Translations under genes and position numbers: made by a program
Notes under the pieces: model-generated
Database searches by the model: none
Seen by the model: the letters and a program-made list of their open reading frames with translations, nothing else
What the model was told of the DNA's origin: nothing
DNA from: Tubulanus polymorphus
Lineage: Eukaryota; Animalia; Nemertea
NCBI RefSeq assembly: GCF_964204645.1
Contig: NC_134030.1
Location: forward strand, 231,355-295,354
DNA: 64,000 nt
Direction of reading: 5' to 3'
Shown here: piece after piece, positions 1 to 12,919 of the stretch
Layout of the letters: each line of letters starts with the position of its first letter
Numbering within the stretch: position 1 is the stretch's first letter

Positions 1-295
1 CGTAAAATTTGAAAAGTGAAAGAAATGGATTGAATGAATAATTTGATTTGTAGGTTATAAACGAGAATGAAAGGTTCTCAACAATAACGTGCGCTGGTTA
101 TTTACGTATTTGCGAATTCTACTTAGCGTTGTATCAGCAGAAATATCTGTGTTATAATGTGTTTAATGAATTACTCACTCACTCACTCACTGTATGTATA
201 TATAACATGTGTACATAGTGAGTATAGTACCGGGTGACGCGAGGCGGTATTCCTTTCATCTCTGACTATAGCGACTACTGTGTGTGTGGACGATA

Positions 296-378
296 TAGGC
301 GACACAGGGCGCAGAACACAGGGCGCAGGACACAGGGCGCAGGACACGGGGTACAGAACACAGGGCGCAGGACACGGA
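296..378. repeat. 14-bp minisatellite (cagggcgcaggaca-like), about 6 copies
   Basis: Direct repeats visible. Confidence 0.8.
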
Positions 379-1608
379 GGATTCGGTCCAAATGGTTACA
401 AAAATGATCCAGTACACAATGTACAGGGGTAAAAGAGAGACAGAGTCTGACGTCATCGGTCGGCGAGGTCTAATAGGAGATCAACAACTTGTATTTGGTT
501 ACAAAGTTTATGAAACTCAATTAATCTCCTAAATACTAAATCAATATGGCCAACGGGCGACCATCTGGACAAATTCTCACACATTGGGATTGTACAGCAC
601 TACTCAAGGTCGTGGATCGCGTGCTCCCGTCACCGTATAGAAATAGAAACATCCAAAACCAAAAAGTGAAAATAGATTTTCATTTTTTGTTTTGGTTTGC
701 GAAATGAGCAAGCAATACACGCACACGGTAGCGGCGGCACACGGGGCACACGATCGACATGCGCACGCGCACGAGCCGCAATCGTCTGCGTTAGAGAGTG
801 TTATTATATGTTTAATGGTTGATGATGTTTGCAAACACTGTTATAACCACTCAGTGAACAGGCTCTGAGAGACCACTCGATTATACCGCTACATAACTTC
901 TATAAGAACAGTAAGAACACTACTACATCAGCGGTGACGACAGCTATTGAACCCTGTTAACCTCCATTTACACTAACCCCCCTCTACACCAGCAACCCCG
1001 GCCTACTCAGTGCGCACATCTCCATCAAATCTCGCACCGAGACTCGAAACGAGACTTCGTTGTAACGAGACGGCGTTGTTTTTTTTAAAACGTTAAAAGC
1101 GTCCAGAACCGGTTCCCATTGTTGCGTCAACCAGTCTATTGTATAGTTTATAATTGTGGCGGGTACCAGTCTATTGTTGAGAAATGTCAATATTATTTTA
1201 ACACCGCTTCGACTTTTTGAACGAAGAGAATAGAAAGACTTTCTCTCTCCCGATAAGTACTGAGAGACGACAAGCGAGCCCTCGAGGCAGGCGGACTCTT
1301 TTTGTGTCGCAAGATTATCCATTTCGCAAACTGTCGTGCGGCGCGCACGGATTTGAGTTTAATTTCGAACAATTAAAACCGTTGTAATTCGAACTTCAAT
1401 CGATCGATAGAATAACCGCTTAACGAACACGTGACCAGGAGGACAATAGGTGTGAATTGTAGAGCGGCGCCGAACAAATTTATAAAATCAGTCGCAGACG
1501 AAATGAAAATATAAATAAAACACTACAACGACAAATATTTAATTCAAGGTGACAAAATCGGGAGCCCGAGAAACTGAAGGCGTCCGGCGTTTATTTCTAT
1601 AGCGGCGA

Positions 1609-1898
1609 TTTAAAACGACAATATCATGAGAACAGACTGTAGTCTATAGTTTAAAACGACAAAATTATGAGAACAGACTGTAGTCTATAGTTTAAAACGA
1701 CAATATTATGAGAACAGACTGTAGTCTATAGTTTAAAACGACAAAATCATGAGAACAGACTGTAGTCTATAGTTTAAAACGACAATATTATGAGAACAGA
1801 CTGTAGTCTATAGTTTAAAACGACAAAATCATGAGAACAGACTGTAGTCTATAGTTTAAAACGACAAAATAATGAGAACAGACTGTAGTCGATAGTTT
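1609..1898. repeat. 41-bp minisatellite, 7 copies
   Basis: tttaaaacgacaa(t/a)at(c/t)atgagaacagactgtagtctatag repeated with period 41; internal inverted repeat AGACT-GT-AGTCT. Confidence 0.95.
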
Positions 1899-2435
1899 CC
1901 GCTTTCTTCAATTTCCCACGTTCAATTCAATTCAATTCAATTATATTTAATGGATAATTGTTGAAATGGACAACACTTTATTGATTTGGTTTAATGTAGT
2001 GATTTGCATCTTAACTTTCTGTCAATTCAATAAACATTTTTGATTTGATTTAATTTTACCCCGTTGTTGCGCACGCATTATTTCTAACATATTTGAACAG
2101 CGTAAAAATCAAACTAATATCCGGGTAACTCGCCATACAAATCCGACCCTGGCAACCGAGGTTTTTCATATATTGTCGTCCCTTATCTCCGGAACGATTA
2201 GTTATACTGTCACGGTACCCGCCTGCCAGAGCTCGCTTCTTCAAATATACGTCTGCGCAATAGGAATTATGTGTGTTTATTTCATCATAGAAAAAAGTTG
2301 AAGTCATAATTTGTTTGTAAAAACCGATTTTTTCCTCCATTTTCTAAAGGCATAGATTTTGTATACTTGAGAATTTTACACAAAAAAAGAAATAATAAAA
2401 ATCTAATTGTTTTTCTGAAATGATTCATTGTTGTA

Positions 2436-2478
2436 TATTCGACGTTTCGACTCAGTTTTCCTGAAGTCATAGGATATA
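2436..2478 (-). repeat. Degenerate solo copy of the hammerhead/Penelope-like motif (core deleted)
   Basis: Minus strand TATATCCT-ATGACTTCAGGAAAACTGAGTC-GAAACGTC-GAATATA keeps the helices and GAAACGTC but lacks the GAAG of CTGAAGA. Confidence 0.45.
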
Positions 2479-3059
2479 CATTAAATAAACTACACTAGTT
2501 CAATGACACATTTTCACACTCTTTTTATCAATTCTTATTATGGGATTTTATATTACAACACGGACTCGGAGTGTTTCATCAATGGTTATGATTATATTAC
2601 CGACATTTCAGACCTATTGTGAGATTTTTATTCATATTTACAACACGTAATAGCGTTTCATCAAGGTTGTCGACATAATTTATTAATTGTGAAGTTCGAT
2701 GAAGTCGCGTTTATTCAGGCGTCCCCCGCCCGCGCTCCGAATCGCGGCAGCGGCTTCGATTGAAGTGAGACGAGTGAAAGTTATCACAGTTTTGTGAAAC
2801 CAGAACAAACACCGGCCGTATATAGAACACCTTCCGCTCTGTGTCACCTTCTCCCGGCCTTCCCGACCCCCGGGCCACATTCACACATATACACCACAGT
2901 CATAGACCTATACACAGCTATAATACATACATGTTTATATGATATATTTGAACAAGAAATTCGTGTGTATTTAGTAGAGAATCTCGCGTTCTAATTTTAA
3001 TGTTTATTTCGCCCAGTAATATATATATGTATGTATATATCAGCAATGAGGAATGTCCC

Positions 3060-3190
<131 letters not shown>

Positions 3191-3763
3191 AGACAATAGA
3201 CACGAATAGTCGAAAATCGGGCAAAAGACACGAAATCCATGCTTCGAACAAAATAAAGATGTTCTCGCTCGGATTCAGGGCCATAAATTATAACTTTTAT
3301 AAACCGTTCATAAAACTGACGACGTGACATTAGACAGCGTCAGGCGGGTTCGAGCGAGTGAGCGAGTGTTCACTGGGCGCCCGGTAGTGACTTCGATTCG
3401 TGACAAAAGTTAAAACGTGACCTTTCATACTTAACGTGTTAATTAAAAAAAGCAGGTGTGTTTTTCCGGTCTGTTTACCGCTGAGTCCTCTCCAGCCCTC
3501 GCCCCTCCCCCCAGCCCTCACCCCCTCTCCAGCCCTCGCCCCCCTCTCCAGCCCTCCCCCCTCCCCAGCCCTCGCTCTCCCTCTACAGCCCTCGCTCGCA
3601 CCGGTACACTTTAAATAACTTATATTTATTATAGAATCGAGAATAAAAAGAAGCTGAAATGTTTCCTCCAGTTTTTCGCGATGTTTTGATTAATATCTTA
3701 ATATCAGAGTTTCCTAATATAATCATGAATCAGGGATTCGTTAAAATCGTGATATTCAAAATA

Positions 3764-3872
3764 CTGGGCCCGGTTTTATAGACTGGTATTACCTTTAACC
3801 CGGGGGCTAACTCAATTGAAAATTAATTGAATTAACCCCCGGGTTAAATAAAATCTATAAAATCAGCCCCAG
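3764..3872. mobile_element. Palindromic MITE-like element
   Basis: Ends ctgggcccggttttataga / tctataaaatcagccccag plus internal inverted arms ttaacccgggggctaa / ttaacccccgggttaa. Confidence 0.6.
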
Positions 3873-4751
3873 GAATATTATTTTTGGAGACTATTGATGA
3901 AACAATCCGAGTTCGTGAACGAGAAGAGTCCGATATTTTATACTTAGTAGTTTTGACTCTGATTCATCTTCAGGAATAGTCGAAACATTGAACATTTAAA
4001 CACTCGCGCATGGAGGAAACATTACGGTTTTGTATTGAGTGTTTCTATATAGAATCCCATAATGAAAAGAGTTTGAAGAAATGTATTGTTGAACTATTCG
4101 ACTATATCCAAATAAGTCATCTATATTCATACATTTGATATAACTAAACAAAACGCCTCCCTCCCCAGAAAACGGGTTTCCATTCCCCGCAAACCACCTC
4201 CATCTCGTCAAACCATCTCCCTCCCTATCGAAACTGATTCTTAAAAATACACAGAAATCCTTAGAACTTAATTCTATCGAATTCTTTGCAACAAACACAG
4301 TCCTAATTATTACAAAATGAAAAAATATATCGTTAAATCGACAACCCGTCATTTTTAGTAGTGACGTTTACTCTTAATTCAAATGGCTCGTAGAATCTAG
4401 ACGTCACTAGTCTCATAGTTTTGAAAATGTATATTTATTTCTCTTAGTTTTTTCTTCGATATCAATAGTTTGTTTTAGAATATATTTCTATAAGATAAAT
4501 TACAGCAGCGAACTTATAGTAAATACTATAAATCCGCGACCAAATTCTTATTCCTTCAACTTTCCGTGAAATTTAAAATTCTTTAGTTTTATGTCCTGAA
4601 TCAATTAGAATTTATTCGTCGCTTTTTCATTCAAACAAATTAAATTATATCGTTTTGTGTTTTAGTCAAGTTTTCCGTGGAAACTAATGATAATTATTGA
4701 TATTTTCAGACCCGGCACAAACAGATTGATTGACCGAGCAGCCTCACTTAC

Positions 4752-5072
4752 CTGAGTCATAATATGATCTTCTCCGGTCCCTTCCTCGTCTTTGAATACT
4801 ATATCAGTGTTCTCATTAACAACCAGATCTTTAAATAGTTTATCTTTACGGGTAATTCTACCGTCTGCGGGACCACTTCCGCCTAATGTGTTCTCCGATA
4901 CGTTCGGAACGTGTTGTTTGAAAACTAACGGCGTCATTTTGCGATTACGTTTTCTCCAACCCGACCCTCGACCCGGCCCGCATTGGATACACGGTTCTGA
5001 TAATAGCAGAAAAATCAACACGAAATCGTAAATAAACTGTTTATAATTCATTATGGTTGCGTTCAGCTGCAT
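4752..5072 (-). CDS. hh: Hedgehog protein, first coding exon (signal peptide plus N-terminal part of Hedge domain); remaining exons lie left of the window
   Basis: Translation: hydrophobic signal then CGPGRGSGWRKRNRKMTPLVFKQHVPNVSENTLGGSGPADGRITR...DIVFKDEEGTGEDHIMTQ, the Hh N-terminal signature. ATG ACT CAG is followed by GTAAGT (donor G at 4751), the conserved phase-0 intron after MTQ. No RCKDKL-type exon 2 recognised in 1-4750. Confidence 0.95.
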
Positions 5073-7795
5073 TGTCTCTCATTACAACTTGTGACTCTTG
5101 TCGTCGTCATCCGTTTTATAGAAAGTAAAAACATTCGCGGAACAGTTTTTAGAGTTTCTTTGAGTATATAAATCCTGTGGACGCGCTTGCGCATGCGTGC
5201 GTGTTCGTGTAAGATTGAGATCTCATTTACAGTTTATTAGTTAACGGATTCTCAAACTATATCATAATCCCTGCCTCGTTTCTAATATCGTCTGGTCAGT
5301 GGTCGGTGAGAACTTTCTGAAACTATGCACGTAGCTGCTGCTGCTGCTGCTGGTACCGCGAACCCGTTACTGCTGCTGCTGCTGCCGCTACTGCTGATAT
5401 TTTTTATCCGCTGTGACTATCACTAGTAGCGACCGGTGATTAAAGTGAGCGATTGTTGCGACATTTCTGACCGCTCGCTCTCTCTCTCCCTCTCTCTGTC
5501 TGGCTGAATGAGTGAGTCGCCCCTTGTTTGTTTCAGTGTGTATAAGTCTGATTCGACGGTGTCGTGTTAATTTCACAAGTTCCTATTGGTTAGATTCCCC
5601 GTCGTCTTGTCTCGTTGTCTTTATGATATCAGTTTTCTCGTCGGTGTCGTCGCCGCGCTTGGAGAGAATCTTTCGCCACCCGAAATGGAACAAACACTTT
5701 CGACTCAGCACAAACTCTACCTGTAAGAATAGTAATAATAATACATCCTACACATAAAATACACCCGAAACGCTTCAATAGGAATTAAAGTCCAAATGTT
5801 GTGTGACCTTTATATATATGTATTCCTGATAAAAAGACAAATAGAAGAAACTGATTAAACTTCGAGAAAGAATTCCTGAATACCACTGCCACCAGACAAA
5901 ACAAATAAATGAAATGAAAGTGAAAAAAAACCTCCGTAATAAAGGAAATAAAGACAAGGGGCTGTTTGATGAGAGTCCCGCAGGGGTAAATAGTAAGCCT
6001 AACGTAGTTCACAGTAGAGTTTTATTACGTCACTTGTTAAAATCGATATTATTGACCGATCGGTTCTCAGTAGATTATACGCGTTTATATAAATGCCGTA
6101 GAACTGACGGTGTTTTTATATTTAACTTGACTCATTGAACTCACGCGAAACTAACTCAAACTTTCAAAAATTCCAAAACGATAGATTCTCAAATTCGTAG
6201 TGACTCACTGCCGCCATTTAACCTCGGAAAAATCAGTTTATTTTGAAATCCAAAAAATTCTGAAAATAGCAACAACGACAAATCGATAATAAAGATAATT
6301 TTGTTTACAATGTAACAAAATTTCTGTAAAAATGTAGATAGATAATTTATTCATAAATAAATCAATACAGAAATCAATACACAATGCAAAATTAGATATA
6401 CGACGGGTTTGTGGGTGAGTAATAGAGCAATCACTGGCAGGCGAGGATTGTCCGGATAGATTAGTAGTAAATGTCGTCCGTTCGTCCCGCACAATTGCCT
6501 CCAGACCTCGATTCCTTGTCAAAATATTGTAAACATGTCCCTGATTCCCTCCCTCATAATACTTCAATTATAATTAATAACATCTACCACTGCTACTGCT
6601 GCTGCTGCTGCTATAATTAATGGCGCATGAGATTATAATTACACATATATCAGATATATCAAAATGTGATATATCAATTGATGGAATTGTCGGTGTGTCT
6701 GTGCGTCTCGCTGTCAGGGGTCTGTCTGTGAGGGGTCTGTCTGTTAGGGGTCAGTCTCAGTGATCCATTATTCGACGCTGAGAAAAGTCGGTAAAATTAA
6801 AAAATCCTGTTGATCTTGGATTATTTTACTCGCTATTTAAACTCGATTCGGGTTTAATTGTCCACGTCCGTTCGATGGCGATCTTCAGTAGGAAAACATG
6901 CGATTTCGGGTAATCTGATATTCGTGTCGGTGTCGTTGGAAGCCTAGTTGACCCAGGGTAACAGGGTGGGCGAACAAACCACTTCATGCATGTAATCCTA
7001 GTTTCTGAGTGGAACTGAGTGTAATTCTATATTCTAATATCCACCGCTACCGCTACCGCCACCAACCCCGCCGTTAAAACTATCCCGGTTTAAGACAATA
7101 TTGATTTATTCAAATTAGCCAACTTTATTTCGAAGGCACAATATATCGAGCACCTTGCGCGCACCTTGTTTGATTGACAGGTTTTATGTAAATACGACGC
7201 GATGTATTACTTACTTATATTGATTTGTATTAAAGGACTAATTGATTAATCGATACTAAAAAACAAAATGGCGGCCGTGTGAAAATAAATTCTGTTCAAT
7301 CGGTAATTATTAAGATTGTTTGTCGTTTGGATCGATTAGAAAAAATGACGGTTTAAAAAGTTCTAAAGACGTTACTAGATTCACTCGATGCATGTTGTAT
7401 TAGTTCAGAAATTTCGTGGTTGAAATCTGACTCTAAATAAAGAGTTAAACTCATTGAAAATAAACCCATTCTAATGTCTATTTCACGGGGACTTGAGAGA
7501 ACATCGGGTGGCGCCTAGCTCAGTGGAACTGTGGAACTTAGTCTGATGTGTGGAACTGTGGAACTAAGTGTGATGTGTTGAACTGTGGAACTTAGTCTGA
7601 TGTGTGGAACTTAGTCCGATGTGTGGAACTTATACTTGATATTTTGTTTAAAATCACGGCGAATGTTTTTTTTTTAAATAGTAACTTATATTCATAATGG
7701 AGCGGCTCATTTCGTTTACATCATATCCTTCCCTTCTACGGGTCTCTGGTGACAATTCACCTATAACTTATTTGTAATTGGTATCTACCTGCAGC

Positions 7796-7857
<62 letters not shown>
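7796..7857. repeat. (CAG)n microsatellite, about 20 units, non-coding context
   Basis: Pure CAG run with no flanking ORF support. Confidence 0.95.
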
Positions 7858-7858
<1 letters not shown>

Positions 7859-10009
7859 GTCTCGATGTCACCGGCACATTTTTACACTTTCTACTTAACG
7901 GTCACAAACGCGACTGTCATCGTGCATAAAAATATCTAACTCGGAGCCATGGAGTTGGACAATGACGACGACTGGTCTGTAAGACAAATCTCCTAGTAGC
8001 TATTTTATAGCCTATCAACTTAATATACAACACCTCAACTTTTACCCCCATCGTCGCCATCTTAATTCTTAGTCTGGACTGAACGTTCCACGTTGATACG
8101 TATAACTATAATTTTTTGCACGGTTTGTATTATTGTTTTATTAACAGTCAGACGTTAACGTCTGTTACGTTTACGTAGCGCCGTCATTTATTATGCAGCG
8201 TCGCTGTGACTGGCGGTAGTAACTATAACGTAACGCTGAAACGCTGAAACGTGAGGTTTTTACGTACGAAAAAATTCGGTCGTCTGGCCGGAAGTGACGT
8301 ATACGTAACTTTGTTTGGAAAACTTTCTCCGTTTCTCGATCCGCGCGCGCATGCGCATAGATGGAAAAATGAAAGAAGTTAAGACTATAATCGTAGACTA
8401 ACCGTTAATCCTAGACTAACACAACTAATCTAGACTGAACGTATATGATTTAAATTGATTATTGATCGCGGTGTTTATGAAGCGTATAATCCGGGTATTT
8501 AATCGTCTGCTACACTAATCAGCAGTGGCGCTTGGCGGCCATCTTTAATTAGTTCTATCGTTATCTTACAGACAATGTAAATGATTCGGTTCACAGTCGA
8601 TTTCCGATTTCTATCGTGTAATTTAATTAATGATGAAATAAGTATTACTAGTATAATTATTATAATTATGATTATTATTATACATTATTATTTTTATCAT
8701 TTTCTTTATGGATTTTGACTAAAAATGTTAAATACTGAACAACCTTTAAATTTACTTAACATGTTTTCAGATGTGTTTTAAGACTGGAGCAGAGGGGCGA
8801 AGTACGGGGAGGAGGGTAGAGGGAGGGGGTAGGGGGAGGGTAGAGGGAGGGGGTAGGGGGAGGGTAGAGGGGCTGTAGAGGGAGGGGGTAGGGGGGTAAA
8901 GGTGCTGTCGGACCGTAACATTGAGTTCAGACGTCGTCACATGACACGTGACAACATAGTTATCTGGCGCAGATTATTCACCTAATTCCAGGCTGCACGT
9001 GACTGTGCTGGCGGGAACACGGTGTAAGTTCATCCAGGACTAAATACAACAAACACATTTATTCTCTCGGCTGGTTATGGCTAAAATATTATTTACATCG
9101 ACGTGTATTGATGTGTAGCGTTCGTCGGTTCAGCTAATGCTTTCTGTTTTCTTCAGTGGAGACTATTTGAATTAATTTTCCGTCAGCAAGCACACGTGAC
9201 CGGAATAGGCCGATAACACGTGACCTCAGTCACGCGCGTTCAACGACCGAGCTCATTTACATATCGATCGCGGATCGTTGTATGCAAATTACGATTGAGT
9301 TTCTAATGGCAACCTTCTCAATGAACTTAAACAATTAAAAAAATTAATTTTAATAAGTTATTTAAAAACCTTAAAACGTATGTCTCCACGGACAACAGCA
9401 ATTTCATTGTGTTATTGATTGATTGGAATCACGGAAGCAGAAAGCAGACTTAAGTTCTGTTTTCAGGACATTCGCTAGTGGACATTACTCTCGGAGTAAG
9501 TGGACAGTACTCCCGGAGTAAGTGGCCGACGTATTGAATATCCGCTGCAACCTTGGTCCGTCGTCGTGTGAACTAAGTTACCCTAATCCACCGGCGCCAT
9601 AGAGTACAACTCTTACCGCAGATATGGGCGCCGTCGGTCGAGACGCCGCCATCAGCACACTCTACTCAATTCTCTATTCATATGGTTATCTGACCGCCGG
9701 GATATTGATTTATTTAATTTGTTTCTCCCAGTGACCGCATAACTGCGACTCACGTGCCAGTGGTGGCTGATTACTCGGTGTAGGAAACTAGATTCAGTGT
9801 GTTGTTGTTTGCGAGTCTGATGTCCCGGGTTCGAACCCCCGTTCGTATAATGAAATAAATACAAGCGCACTGAAGTTCCCGATCGAATGAACCAGCCACT
9901 TGTAGAAATAGAGCAGAAATATGCCGATTAAGTGCACCACCACCACAGACCGACCACACACAGTTTGACTTTCTAGTTTTTGAATTTTTGAGTTGAAATC
10001 TTTACTAGC

Positions 10010-10300
10010 AACTGGATCCACAACTGTGGAACTGGGTTCTGGACTGTGGAATTTGATCCACAACTGTGGAACTGGATTCTGGACTGTGGAACTGGATCCA
10101 CAACTGTGGAACTGGATTCTGGACTGTGGAACTTGATCCACAACAGTAGAAACGGATTCTGGACTGTGGAACTTGATCCACAACAGTGGAAACGGATTCT
10201 GGACTGTGGAACTTGATCCACAACTGTGGAAACGGATTCTGGACTGTGGAACTTGATCCACAACTGTGGAAACGGATTCTGGACTGAGGAACTTGGATCA
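10010..10300. repeat. 40-bp minisatellite, about 7 copies, built on the actgtggaac motif
   Basis: Unit acttgatccacaactgtggaaacggattctggactgtgga; the same actgtggaac core recurs at about 7525-7630, 21530 and 26090. Confidence 0.9.
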
Positions 10301-11949
10301 AGACTCATGAATGATGAAGAAGTCGATCAATCCATCTATCAATATATAACTCCCCACTCCCGACTCCCCTCCCCCACTCCCCCACTCCCCTCTCCCACTC
10401 CACCCTCAGTGAATAGTTAGTAACGACTCAATCTGTTCTTCTTCTTTTCTGTCAATTACCGGAAATTTGACTTCTTTAAATCATCATCTGTTAAACACGA
10501 TCAACTATCATCATCAGCGCCGCATCACACACACATTCAAATTATTGAGATATCAATCTCAAAACAAATCGATCGATATCTCATCGTGAGATTAACAGTG
10601 AACAAATCACTGATGATCATTCTTAGAACTGATCGCTCATACTCACATCGGCAACCAGTCCATCTCAACAGGCGGTAACCAGTCCCATCGATAAACAACT
10701 ACTTATCTGAAATTACCAGTTAAACTGTACAGGGAACTAGTCTAACTATACAGGGAACCCGTCCATTCTGTGCTACTTATTCGAGATTGAATGTTTTCTC
10801 AAGGTCGAATTTCTGTTATTTGCGTGTTCAAGGTCGATAATGATCGACAGCGAGGCTATACTGGTCAGTGTTGTGGTCAGTGTAGTGGTCAGTAAAGTGA
10901 CCATTGAGGTTAAACCTGTGTGAGTCAAACTGTTGATTAACTATAAACACCTCTGAGTGTTCTTAGAATCTGCTCGTCATACTCTCTCAGAGCTGCTGCT
11001 GCTGCTGCTGGATCTCAGATATATCACTCTCATGTTCTCGATAATCTCTCAATATCACATCCTCCTCGGTCCTACCGAGCAGCGACCGCTGCAGATTAGT
11101 TTAAGTTGTTTTTCCGGTAAAACAGTAAAACAAACACAGCAGATATTTACAAATGCCGTGGTTGACATACAACTTAGAGTGTAATTAGAGGGAGTAGGGG
11201 GAGGAGGGAGGAGGGAGGAGGGAGGAGGGAGGAGGGGGAGGGGCTGGACGAGGTATGGGTTGTTTGATATGAGTGAAGTCATTCTCAGAAAATATCAACT
11301 CATTAACGGTGTCACGTGACCTATCTGTGACTGTTACGCGAACAAGAATTGATCTACTTTTTCAGATATCTCAAAACATCAAGATATCTAGATATCGGAG
11401 ATTGTGATAACAAGATCGAGATATCAGACACCGAGAAATACGCGATTGAGATTTCAGAAAGCGAGATATCAGAGATTGAGAGAGTAGAGATTGAGATAGA
11501 ACAGATATTGGGCGAGTAGAAATTGAGATATCAGAGAGCGAGATATCAGAGATAGAGAGCTCCAAAATCGATATCTTCGAGATTCGAGATATTTCTTTCT
11601 AAACTGTAAATCAATAAGTTATACGCACGCATAAAAAAGAAAGAAATGTAATTTTCAGTTTCGAGGAAGAAACCATGTTAGACTGGTTACCGTTAATTCC
11701 CGAAAGCGTTCAAATTACCGCAAACCAGTCTAACGTACGCTGTCATTTAACAGAAGCGTTTTACGGCGATAGCGTTGTCGCAGTTTTTACGTTAGATACA
11801 ACGTTACGGCGAGTGTTTGACGTTTATTCGAGATGACACAGTCAGTATCGCGCCGTTTCTTAGGTTACATAGTAAAACTGTTACATTGTAACAACCATTC
11901 ACTCCTTCCTTCCTCAATCAAATAGACTCACTCTATAAACTACTCAGGC

Positions 11950-12195
11950 CTCTCCCTTACTCCCTCCTCCCTCTCTCTCTCTGTCACCCTCTCTCCCTCT
12001 CTCCCTCCTCCTCTCCCTCTCTCATCACCCTCTCTCCCTCCCTCTCCCTCCTCCTCTCCCTCTCCATCTCTCTCTCCCTCTCCCTCTCTCCCTCCTCCTC
12101 TCCCTCTCCCTCTCTCCCTCCCTCTCTCTCTCTCCATCACCCTCTCTCCCTCTCTCCCTCCTCCTCTCCCTCTCTCCATCACCCTCTCTCCCTCT

Positions 12196-12291
<96 letters not shown>

Positions 12292-12447
12292 TCCCTCTCC
12301 CTCTCCCTCTCCCTCTCCTCCCCTCTCCCTCTCCCTCCTCCCTCTCCCTCTCCCCTCTCCCTCTCCCTCTCCCTCTCCCTCTCCCTCTCCCCCTCTCCCT
12401 CTCCCTCTCCCTCTCCCTCTCCCTCTCCCTCTCCCTCTCCCTCTCCA
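11950..12447. repeat. CT-rich microsatellite complex ((CT)n, (CTCTCC)n)
   Basis: Polypyrimidine simple repeats. Confidence 0.97.
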
Positions 12448-12569
12448 TCGGCTCTGCTTCATGGAAAAAATCTTTATTAAAGGATATTTGCCAACTCATA
12501 GAGAAATTTTCCAGAAAAATAGAAATAAAACAATTCTGCACTACTATCCAATATTATACAAATGTCTAG

Positions 12570-12705
12570 CCCAAGCAAATAACCCCAGCTCGACCTAAAT
12601 CGGTAACCCTAACCCTAGGTCCATTGTAACCCTATCCCAAGCAGGACTCGAACCAGCGACATCCGGCATACCAGCAAAGTATGCTAACCACTAGACCATA
12701 GACCG
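12570..12705 (-). mobile_element. tRNA-derived SINE-like head with a TAGGGTTAGGG tail
   Basis: Minus strand TGGTCTAGTGG (A box) ... GGTTCGAGTCC (B box), then TAGGGTTAGGGTT; homologous to 23231-23345. Confidence 0.55.
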
Positions 12706-12919
12706 GTAGTTACTGACGGGGTTTTGTAAGTTTGTCTGGTCAGTGTGGTGGTGGCTGGTGACTATATACCCGCTCTACCATTTTCAAAGTAGATCTTAAA
12801 TCAGTGAATTACATACGAAATCATAGATCACTATTGATAAAACACTATGAACCGTGTTGAAGCGATATTTGAGACAATTCCAAAATAATAACGAAAGAAT
12901 AGTCCGAAAATGTAACTGA

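Noticed and set aside
984-1322. 112-aa ATG-initiated ORF in hh intron 1, considered as hh exon 2 or a nested gene
   Set aside because: No Hh similarity and no recognisable domain; cannot be supported without expression data
7796-7857. Poly-Gln/Ala coding tract
   Set aside because: No surrounding ORF or exon support
8211-8230. ggcggtagtaactataacg resembling the LSU rRNA homing-endonuclease target region
   Set aside because: Match is under 20 nt with no flanking rRNA similarity
12636-12705. Possible genuine tRNA genes (also about 9800-9845 and 23231-23452)
   Set aside because: A/B boxes are present but there is no convincing acceptor stem and the copies are mutually diverged; treated as SINE-like
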